Shown: one piece after another, positions 29,270-37,208 of the stretch
Layout of the letters: every line of letters starts with the position of its first letter
Position numbering within the stretch: the first letter of the stretch is position 1
Assembly (NCBI GenBank): GCA_963674755.2
Contig: CAXXVS010000001.1
Span: 1,184,001 to 1,248,000 of the forward strand
Source: Desulfobacterales bacterium
GTDB lineage: Bacteria > Desulfobacterota > Desulfobacteria > Desulfobacterales > UBA5852
Direction of reading: 5' to 3'
DNA: 64,000 bases
Translations under genes and position numbers: made by a program
The notes under the pieces: model-generated
Databases searched by the model: none
Told to the model about the DNA's origin: nothing
Seen by the model: the letters and a program-made list of their open reading frames with translations, nothing else

Positions 29270-31159
29270 ATGGCGTCCAACGGCTATTGGGCGGATAACT
29301 ACCTTGATAAGAAACGGTCGGTCGAGGTGGCCATCAAGCTTATTCGGCCGGGGCAGCGCGTTTTTATCGCTTCGGCCTGCGGTGAACCCCAGGCGCTGGT
29401 AAAAGCCCTGTCCGATCGGGCAAGGACCTTATCCGGCATCGAGGTGGTCAGGCTGATGTCGCTGGAAACCACGCCCCTGACCATGATTGCCGACAAGACC
29501 CATGACCAGAGCATCAACATCCGCTCTTTCTATCTGGGTTCGGCACGCTCCAAAGCCATTGCCCGCAACCTGCGGTTTATCACCCCCATGAACCTGTCCC
29601 AGGTCCCGCGGCTTTTCAAAAGCCGCCGCCTGCCGATTCATGTGGCGCTGATTCAGGCGACCCCTCCCGATGACTTCGGCTGGATGAGTTTAGGGGTGTC
29701 AGTGGATATCACCCAGTCAGCGGCCCATTCGGCCGATCTGGTGATCGTCCAGGTCAATCCGCGCATGCCGCGGGTTTTGGGACGCAGTTTTATCCATGTC
29801 AACGATGTCGACGTCATTGTCGAACACGAAGAAGGGTTGCTGACGATCGACGAACCACCGGAGATGGAATCGGCCAATGCGATCGGGCGCTTGATCGCAC
29901 GACTGGTTGATGACGGATCGACGCTGCAGATCAGTCTGGGAACGACGAGCCAGGCCACCTACGCGGGGTTGTCCGATAAAAACGATCTCGGCATCCACAC
30001 CCAGTTTGTGACGGATCGGATCATGCATCTGGTCTCCCAGGGGGTGGTGACCAACCGTTACAAAGGCCTGAACGAAGGCAAGATCGTGGCCAGCAGCGCC
30101 ATCGGTTCCTCCGAGCTCTATGATTTTCTGGACGACAATCCCGGCATTGAGTTCTATCCATCCGACTATGTAAACGATCCCAGCATTATCTCCCAGCATC
30201 GCCGCATGGTGTCACTGAATGTCGCCATGGCCATGGATCTGACAGGCCAGGTGGCCGCGGATGCCTTGCCCTACAACCATTTTTCGGGCGTGACGGGCAT
30301 GCTGGATTTCATTCGGGGGGCGGCGGCCTGCGAGGACGGCAAGGCCATTCTCATGTTGACCTCCACCGATGTGAGCGGTACGAAGAGCCGGATCGTACCG
30401 AAGCTGAACGATACCGCCGTGGTGGTGCCCCGGGGGGATGTGCATTATGTGGTGACCGAATACGGGGCCGTCAATCTATTCGGGAAAAGCCTGCAGGAGC
30501 GGGCCATGGCCATGATCAGCATTGCCCATCCGGACTTTCGCGATGAACTGTTTCATCAGGCCAAGGAAATGGGCCTGCTGAGCGCCGAAAGGACGCTGCA
30601 CGACTCACTGCATGGTATCTATCCGGTCGAGCTGGAGGAGACGGTCGTCCTCGACAACGAGCCGGTCACCATCCGTCCGGCCAAGCCGGTGGATGAGCGC
30701 CGCATCCAGGAGCATTACTACAACCTGGATAAAGAAGACGTGATCTCGCGTTTTTTCCACGAGAAAAACAGCTTTATGCGTGAAGAAGTGGAGGGGGTCT
30801 CCCAGATCGATTATGTCAAGGACCTGACCCTGGTGGCGCTGGTGGGCGAATTCGGCTTCGGCAAGGTGATTGCCGTAGGGGAATACCTGCTGGATGAGTC
30901 CAAAAATATGGCCGAAGTGGCCTTTTCGGTCATCAAAGCCTATCAGGGCAAGGGCCTGGGGAAACTCTTCATCCATAAATTGGCCCTTGCGGCCCGGGAA
31001 AACGGCATTGCCGGCCTGATGGCCTTCACGTCCCCCAACAACAAGGGCATGATCCGGTTGTTCAAGACCCTGCCCTACAAGACGGATTCCTTTTATGACG
31101 GGGAGATGCTGACCCTCAGTTGCCGGTTCGACACATTGAAAGAATCTCTGCCGGGGTAA
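29270..31159 (+). CDS. Acetyl-CoA hydrolase/transferase-like domain fused to a Pat-type GNAT acetyltransferase
   Basis: 'ACGEPQAL', 'SLGVSVD', 'QVNPRMPR', 'DLGIHTQ', 'DLTGQV', 'YVVTEYG', 'IAHPDFR'; GNAT part 'IDYVKD..AEVAFSV..YQGKGLG'. AGGAGG RBS. Confidence 0.88.
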   Translation: MASNGYWADNYLDKKRSVEVAIKLIRPGQRVFIASACGEPQALVKALSDRARTLSGIEVVRLMSLETTPLTMIADKTHDQSINIRSFYLGSARSKAIARNLRFITPMNLSQVPRLFKSRRLPIHVALIQATPPDDFGWMSLGVSVDITQSAAHSADLVIVQVNPRMPRVLGRSFIHVNDVDVIVEHEEGLLTIDEPPEMESANAIGRLIARLVDDGSTLQISLGTTSQATYAGLSDKNDLGIHTQFVTDRIMHLVSQGVVTNRYKGLNEGKIVASSAIGSSELYDFLDDNPGIEFYPSDYVNDPSIISQHRRMVSLNVAMAMDLTGQVAADALPYNHFSGVTGMLDFIRGAAACEDGKAILMLTSTDVSGTKSRIVPKLNDTAVVVPRGDVHYVVTEYGAVNLFGKSLQERAMAMISIAHPDFRDELFHQAKEMGLLSAERTLHDSLHGIYPVELEETVVLDNEPVTIRPAKPVDERRIQEHYYNLDKEDVISRFFHEKNSFMREEVEGVSQIDYVKDLTLVALVGEFGFGKVIAVGEYLLDESKNMAEVAFSVIKAYQGKGLGKLFIHKLALAARENGIAGLMAFTSPNNKGMIRLFKTLPYKTDSFYDGEMLTLSCRFDTLKESLPG

Positions 31160-31234
31160 GATTGCCTAAAGGCCGCCCGCGTTTGCCATCAGAAGTTAAA
31201 CCAGTCCCACGTCCATTACAATCAGGAGTTGTGA

Positions 31235-33178
31235 ATGCCAACGGTAACCTTTCTGCCCCATGAGAAATCGATCGTGGTGCCTGATGGCGAGAATCTATTG
31301 CGCGCGGCCATGGAAGCCGGCGTCCATATCAATGCCTCCTGCGGAGGGGATGGGGTTTGCGGCAAATGCCGCATCCTGATCGAGGAAGGCCGCCTGGAAG
31401 GTGGTCTCTCCGATCGCATCAGCCCGGAGGATCAGGCCAAGGGTTATCGCCTGGCCTGCCAGGCGAAAGTCGCCGGCCAAGACGTGGCCGTCCGGATTCC
31501 GGTGGAGTCCAGTATCGATGTCAGCGTGCTCAAGCGCCTGGCCACCCCCCGTCAGGCGGCCCGCATTCATCAGCCGGACTTCGAAAGCCTCAGAGAACAG
31601 GGGCTTTTCCTCCCGCCGGTGGAAGAAATCTACCTGGAACTGCCGGAGCCGAATGCGGCGGACAACCAGGCCGATGCCTCGCGATTGGTCAATTTCCTGA
31701 CCTTGAACCATAATGAACACCGGCTGGTGGTCACCATGTCCGTCATTCGCAAACTGCCGGACGTGCTTCGGGAAGATAACTTCCGGGTTACGGCCACCCT
31801 AGCCCGATCGGTGCAACCAGGACGCAAGACGCTGGTCATCAACGTTCAGCCCGGGGATGCAACGGACCGCAATTATGCCATTGCCATGGATATCGGCACC
31901 ACGACGATTTACGGGCAGCTGATCGACTTGAAAACGGGAGAGGTGTTGGCGGAAAAGGGCGATTTCAACGCCCAGATCAGCTATGGGGAAGATGTCATCA
32001 CCCGCATCATGGCGGCTGAAAAGCCGGGCGGGCTCGAAAAGCTGCACGAGGTGGTGACGACTACCATGAACAAGATCATTGCCGCTATCGTCAAACAGGC
32101 CGGTGTTCACCTGGACGACATCAATGCCATCACCCTGGCGGGTAATACCACCATGACCCAGCTTTTTCTGAAGGTGAACCCACGCTATATCCGGCGATCG
32201 CCCTATGTGCCGGCCAGCAATATCTATCCCCCGCTTCAGGCCACCGGATTGGGATTGGCATTGGGCGATCATGCGGCTGCTTTGGTCTATCCCCAGGTCT
32301 CCAGCTATGTGGGAGGGGATATCGTGGCCGGTGTCATGGGTTCCGGAATGTACCGCGCCGAACGCTTGACTCTGTTCATGGACATCGGCACCAATGCCGA
32401 GATCGTGATCGGCAACAAGGATTGGATGGCGTGCGCGGCCTGTTCGGCCGGGCCGGCCTTCGAGGGCGGGGGCATCGAGTTCGGCATGCGGGCTGCACGT
32501 GGCGCCATCGAGGATTTCTCCATTGACCCCCTGACCTATGAACCCATGAACCTCACCATCGGCAATGTACGGCCCAAAGGGATATGCGGATCAGGTTTGA
32601 TCACGACGGTGGCGGTGATGTTTGAAACAGGGGTCATCAACAACCAGGGCAAGTTCGACCGCGACTTGAAGACCGATCGCGTCCGCGAACGCGAGGGGGT
32701 ATGGGAATATGTGCTGGCCTGGCAGGAGGAAACCCAGATCGACCGCGATATCGTCCTGACCGAGATCGACATCGAAAACCTGATTCGGGCCAAAGGGGCC
32801 ATCTACAGCGGCTGCATGACCCTGCTCGAAGAAGTGGGCATGAGCATAGGGGATGTCGAACAGATCTATCTGGCGGGGGGCTTCGGCAGCTATGTGGATC
32901 TGGAAAAGGCCATGGTGATCGGCCTGCTCCCGGAAATCGACCCTGACCAGGTGACCTACATCGGCAATGCCTCTTTGCTGGGGGCGCGCATGGCGGCCCT
33001 GACCAACCGGCTGCGGCAGGACGTGGTCAATGTCACGCGTATGATGACCAATTTCGAATTGTCGGAAACCGCTTCCTACATGGATCATTATGTGGCCGCC
33101 CTTTTCTTGCCGCACACCGATTTGAATCAGTTCCCAAAACTCAAGCAAAGATTGTCCGCGTCCCGAGCAAATAGTTGA
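31235..33178 (+). CDS. acsV: Reductive activator of corrinoid Fe-S protein (RACo/AcsV; 2Fe-2S + ASKHA)
   Basis: 'CGGDGVCGKC...LACQ' ferredoxin, 'DIGTTT', 'YVGGDIVAG', 'DIGTNAE', 'CSAGPAFEG', 'GICGSG', 'LAGGFG'. Adjacent to acs genes. Confidence 0.9.
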   Translation: MPTVTFLPHEKSIVVPDGENLLRAAMEAGVHINASCGGDGVCGKCRILIEEGRLEGGLSDRISPEDQAKGYRLACQAKVAGQDVAVRIPVESSIDVSVLKRLATPRQAARIHQPDFESLREQGLFLPPVEEIYLELPEPNAADNQADASRLVNFLTLNHNEHRLVVTMSVIRKLPDVLREDNFRVTATLARSVQPGRKTLVINVQPGDATDRNYAIAMDIGTTTIYGQLIDLKTGEVLAEKGDFNAQISYGEDVITRIMAAEKPGGLEKLHEVVTTTMNKIIAAIVKQAGVHLDDINAITLAGNTTMTQLFLKVNPRYIRRSPYVPASNIYPPLQATGLGLALGDHAAALVYPQVSSYVGGDIVAGVMGSGMYRAERLTLFMDIGTNAEIVIGNKDWMACAACSAGPAFEGGGIEFGMRAARGAIEDFSIDPLTYEPMNLTIGNVRPKGICGSGLITTVAVMFETGVINNQGKFDRDLKTDRVREREGVWEYVLAWQEETQIDRDIVLTEIDIENLIRAKGAIYSGCMTLLEEVGMSIGDVEQIYLAGGFGSYVDLEKAMVIGLLPEIDPDQVTYIGNASLLGARMAALTNRLRQDVVNVTRMMTNFELSETASYMDHYVAALFLPHTDLNQFPKLKQRLSASRANS

Positions 33179-33505
33179 ATCTTTTCGATAAACTAAACGC
33201 CATTCAGGGGGAATAGGCTATTGACAAAAAACGGCGCTGAAGATAGTGAGTACTATTCGCGTCTATATAAGGATGTCCCTGCATCATTTTTGCGGGTGGT
33301 CGGTAAACAGCCGAGCACGTTGCGCTTTGAAAATATTAAGGAAAGGGGGGCTGAAGAGAGACCATCATTTACGGGCAGGGCGTTTATCAAACGCCGATTT
33401 TTGCGCGTTGATAATGCCATTCGAAAGACAGTGGTTCACTTCATTTCTGACGAGAGCTGAGGGGTAGTTCGGTGATCGGCTCTTCCCACCTATAAGGAGG
33501 TTAAA

Positions 33506-35071
33506 TTGGGCTTCGAATTTTTTAAGGAATCATATGCCGGCAGCGTAAAGGAAATCACCCTGGGCAAGGGCGATTCGGCTGTGGTCGTTGGTGGCGAAAC
33601 CTGTTACCCGTTCTACCAGTTCGAAGGCAAGATGCCCAACAAACCACGGATTGCCATGGAAATCTGGGACATAGAGCCTGATGAATGGCCGGAAGCCGCG
33701 CTGGCGCCGTTTAAAGATGTGCTGGCCGATCCAGCGGCCTGGGCCAAGAAGTGTGTGGATGACTACGGGGCGGACATGATCGTGCTGCAGCTCAAGAGCA
33801 CGGATCCCAACGGGCAGGATGCCGGCCCGGCGGACGCCGCCGCCACCGTAAAAAAAGTGCTGGCTGCCATCAAGGTGCCGCTGGTTGTTTGGGGCACCGC
33901 CAATCCCCAGAAGGATGAGGAAGTCCTCAAGAAAATTGCCGAAGAGACCCAGGGCGAACAGCTGATCATCGGTCCTGTGGAAGACAAGAACCACAAGGGC
34001 ATCGGCGCGGCCGCCATGGGGTTCGGGCATACCATCATCTCGTCCTCACCCATCGACGTCAACCTCGCCAAACAGGTCAATATTTTGCTGGAAAACCTGG
34101 GCATGCCCATGGAGCGTGTCATTATCGATCCCACCACCGGCGGTCTGGGCTACGGCATGGAATACTCTTACTCCGTCATGGAACGTCTGCGCATGGCGGC
34201 CTTGAACCAGGGCGACGACAAACTGCAGTTGCCGATCATCAACAATATTGGCAACGAGGTGTGGAAATGTAAGGAAGCCAAGCAATCGGTGGATGAAGCC
34301 CCCACCCTGGGCGATCCGGAAAAGCGCGGCATCATGATGGAAGCGGTGGCCGCCGTCAGTTATCTGATGGCCGGATCCGACGTGCTGATCATGCGTCATC
34401 CCGAATCCATCCGTTTGGTGAAAGCCTATGTCGATCTGGTTTTCAGCGGGGGCTCGGCGGGGGACGTGGCGCCGGTCAAGAAGCAGCTGGACGATGTGGA
34501 TATCGACTTGGCCGCCTTGGCGCCTGCGCCGGATCTGACCATCGAAGAAGAAAAGAAAGCGGCCCCGGCTGCCAAGAAAGCGCCGGCCGCACCCAAAGAA
34601 GCGCCCAAGGCAGCGGCCAAACCCGCCCCGGCCGCACCCCAGGAAGCGCCTAAAGCGGCCGCCCAGCCCGAACCGGTAGCGGAAGCACCCAAGGTGGACG
34701 CGGCTGCGGAAGCGGCGGCCAAGGCCAAAGCGGAAGCGGAAGCCAAGGTCAAAGCCGAGGCCGAAGCGGCGGCCAAGGCCAAGGCGACCGAGGAAGCCAA
34801 AGCCAAGGCCGAGGCGGATGCTAAGGCCAAGGCAGAGGCCGAAGCCAAAGCCAAGGCCGAGGCAGCGGCCAAGGCCAAGGCCGAAGCTACCGCCAAGATG
34901 GAAACCGAGATTGCCGAGCTTCGTGCCAAGCGTGCCAAAGAGCGTGAGGAACGGGCGGCTGCCAGAGCCGCACAGGGTCAGGAAGGAAAAACCCTGACGC
35001 CGGCCGCCATCCAGAAGGATATGGTCGAGAAGCTCATTGAAAAGGTTAACTGGGCCCATAAACGCGTGTAG
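33506..35071 (+). CDS. acsD: Corrinoid iron-sulfur protein small subunit (AcsD/CdhD) with long Ala/Lys/Glu-rich C-terminal extension
   Basis: 'VGGETCYPFYQFEG', 'SPIDVNLAKQ', 'IDPTTGGLGYGMEYSYSVMERLR', 'MRHP'. TTG start with AAGGAGG RBS. Confidence 0.92.
   Translation: MGFEFFKESYAGSVKEITLGKGDSAVVVGGETCYPFYQFEGKMPNKPRIAMEIWDIEPDEWPEAALAPFKDVLADPAAWAKKCVDDYGADMIVLQLKSTDPNGQDAGPADAAATVKKVLAAIKVPLVVWGTANPQKDEEVLKKIAEETQGEQLIIGPVEDKNHKGIGAAAMGFGHTIISSSPIDVNLAKQVNILLENLGMPMERVIIDPTTGGLGYGMEYSYSVMERLRMAALNQGDDKLQLPIINNIGNEVWKCKEAKQSVDEAPTLGDPEKRGIMMEAVAAVSYLMAGSDVLIMRHPESIRLVKAYVDLVFSGGSAGDVAPVKKQLDDVDIDLAALAPAPDLTIEEEKKAAPAAKKAPAAPKEAPKAAAKPAPAAPQEAPKAAAQPEPVAEAPKVDAAAEAAAKAKAEAEAKVKAEAEAAAKAKATEEAKAKAEADAKAKAEAEAKAKAEAAAKAKAEATAKMETEIAELRAKRAKEREERAAARAAQGQEGKTLTPAAIQKDMVEKLIEKVNWAHKRV
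34690..34900 (+). repeat. Imperfect in-frame tandem repeat (~24-nt unit, AKAKAEAE) inside acsD
   Basis: Repeated gccaaggcc/gaggc units encoding 'AAAKAKAEAEAKVKAEAEAAAKAKATEEAKAKAEADAKAKAEAEAKAKAEAAAKAKAEA'. Confidence 0.8.
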
Positions 35072-35132
35072 GGAAAGCATCGCAGAGGGGTTATTTCTGT
35101 AGAATTCTTAATAGCATGAGGAGGAACCTCGT

Positions 35133-37163
35133 ATGGCAGAAGTAAAACAAATCAAAAAAGCGGCCAAAGAAGCCAAAAAGGCCGATCCCGTCGCCGCCAG
35201 TATCGATAAGGCTACCCAGCAGATGATTGCGCGGGCTCAAGAACTGGGGGTTGAAACGGTTTTCGACCGCGCTGTTAGCATGAAACCCTGTAATATAGGT
35301 AACCAGGGCACATGCTGCAAGAATTGCAGCATGGGACCCTGCCGCCTGCCGCTGCCCAAGGATTATGACGAGTCCTCGGATGAGCGCAAGGGCCTGTGCG
35401 GAGCGACCGCCAACACCATTGCCGCCCGGAACTTCATCCGTATGGTGGCCGGCGGCGCTGCTGCTCACTCGGACCACGGCCGCAGTGTGGCCGAAGTTTT
35501 TATGTCCGCCGCCCGCAAGGAAACCGATGTTTACAAGATCAAAGACGAAGCCAAGCTGCTTCAAGTCGCCCCGGCGCTTGGGGTGGCCACCACGGTGGAA
35601 GTGGATGGGGAAGTCCAGGATCGGGACATCGACGAGATTGCCTTGGAAGTGGCCGAAGTGGCGCTTAACGAGTGGGGCAAAGCCGAGGGCGAAGTCAAAT
35701 ACCTGAAACGGGCACCGGAAGCCCGCTACGCGCTCTGGAAGAAGCAGGGCGTACTGCCGCGCAACATCGATCGTGAAATCGTAGAGATCATGCACCGTAC
35801 CCACATGGGCGTGGACCAGGACTATCACAACCTGATGAAGCAGGGCGTGCGTGCGGCCCTGGGTGACGGCTGGGGCGGTTCCATGCTGGCCACCGATCTG
35901 CAAGACATTTTGTTCGGCACTCCTTATCCCCTGGTCTCCGAAGCCAACCTGGGCGTCATGAAGGAAGACATGGTCAACCTGGTGATTCACGGTCACGAGC
36001 CGGTGCTTTCGGAAGTGATCGTGGAAGTGGCCCAGACCAAGGAGATGATCGACTATGCCAAGGAGAAGGGGGCCAAGGGCATCCAACTCTCCGGTATCTG
36101 CTGCACCGCCAACGAGATCCTGCAGCGCCACGGCGTGCCGCTGTGCGGTACCTTCCTGCAACAGGAACTGGCCATTGTGACCGGCGCCTGCGACGCCATG
36201 GTGGTGGATATCCAGTGCATCATGCAGAATATCGCCGCGGTGGCCGAATGCTTCCATACCAAGATCATCACCACCCACCCGATTGCGCGCATGGAGCAGA
36301 AGAGCGTAATCCACATCGAGTTCGACGAGCACCACGCCCTGGAAGACGCCAAACGGATCGTGAAGTTGGCCATTGACAACTTCGCCAACCGTAAGGGCAA
36401 TGTGATGATTCCCCAGCAAAAAGCCCCGGTTGTGGCCGGCTTCGGCGTGGAATCGGTACAATACCACCTGGGCGGCACCTTCCGTGGCGATTATTACACC
36501 CTCAACGACAACATCATCAACGGCCGCATCCGCGGCATTGGCGGCGTGGTGGGCTGCAACAATGCCCGCGTGCGGCACAATGAAGGCCATATCGCGGTAG
36601 TCAAGGAGTTGATCAAGAACGACGTCATCGTTCTGACCACCGGCTGCAACGCGATTGCCTGCGGCATGGAAGGGCTGCTGACGCCGGAATCGGCCAAGGT
36701 CTTCTGCGGTCCCGGCCTGGCTGAGGTCTGCGAGACCGTTGGTATCCCGCCGGTCCTGCACCTGGGCTCCTGCGTGGACAACAGCCGTATTCTGCTGGCG
36801 GCCACCGAAGTGGTCAGGGCCGGTGGCTTGGGCCATGACATCAGTGACCTGCCGGCGGCCGGCAGCGCTCCGGAATGGATGAGCGAGAAGGCCATCAGCA
36901 TCGGTCAATATTTTGTGGCCTCGGGCGTCTACACGGTCTTCGGCGCGGTGTTCCCCACCGAGGGCGCGCCTGTTTTCCAGCGCTTCCTCTTTGAAGAGAT
37001 GGAGCAGATGTATGGCGGCATGTGGGATTTCGAAAAGGATCCCATCAAACACGCCCAGAAGATGATCGCCCATATCGACAAGAAACGGGAAGCGCTCGGG
37101 ATCAACAAGGCCCGCGAGCGGGTCATGATGGATTTCTCCATGCGTCAGGCCCTGGATGTCTAA
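35133..37163 (+). CDS. cooS: Anaerobic Ni-Fe carbon monoxide dehydrogenase catalytic subunit
   Basis: D/B-cluster 'CNIGNQGTCCKNCSMGPC...GLC', 'AAHSDH', C-cluster ligands 'HGHEP', 'ICCT', 'DIQC', 'GCNN', 'TGC', 'GSCVDN', 'SEKA'. Confidence 0.96.
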   Translation: MAEVKQIKKAAKEAKKADPVAASIDKATQQMIARAQELGVETVFDRAVSMKPCNIGNQGTCCKNCSMGPCRLPLPKDYDESSDERKGLCGATANTIAARNFIRMVAGGAAAHSDHGRSVAEVFMSAARKETDVYKIKDEAKLLQVAPALGVATTVEVDGEVQDRDIDEIALEVAEVALNEWGKAEGEVKYLKRAPEARYALWKKQGVLPRNIDREIVEIMHRTHMGVDQDYHNLMKQGVRAALGDGWGGSMLATDLQDILFGTPYPLVSEANLGVMKEDMVNLVIHGHEPVLSEVIVEVAQTKEMIDYAKEKGAKGIQLSGICCTANEILQRHGVPLCGTFLQQELAIVTGACDAMVVDIQCIMQNIAAVAECFHTKIITTHPIARMEQKSVIHIEFDEHHALEDAKRIVKLAIDNFANRKGNVMIPQQKAPVVAGFGVESVQYHLGGTFRGDYYTLNDNIINGRIRGIGGVVGCNNARVRHNEGHIAVVKELIKNDVIVLTTGCNAIACGMEGLLTPESAKVFCGPGLAEVCETVGIPPVLHLGSCVDNSRILLAATEVVRAGGLGHDISDLPAAGSAPEWMSEKAISIGQYFVASGVYTVFGAVFPTEGAPVFQRFLFEEMEQMYGGMWDFEKDPIKHAQKMIAHIDKKREALGINKARERVMMDFSMRQALDV

Positions 37164-37208
37164 CCCCATTGCCGTGAAGGCTTAAAATCCTCAACGAAGG
37201 AGGAATGT

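Noticed and set aside
34690..34900. Tandem repeats as a CRISPR array or a separate tolA gene
   Set aside because: Degenerate in-frame coding repeats without spacers, continuous with acsD and without a TM anchor or TolA C-domain.
35091..37169. 692-aa minus-strand ORF (and similar ones at 18184-20145, 39553-40860, 47086-48333, 59134-60417)
   Set aside because: Antisense to clearly identified genes (cooS, kinase, acsC, GAPDH, tmcB); no independent coding evidence.
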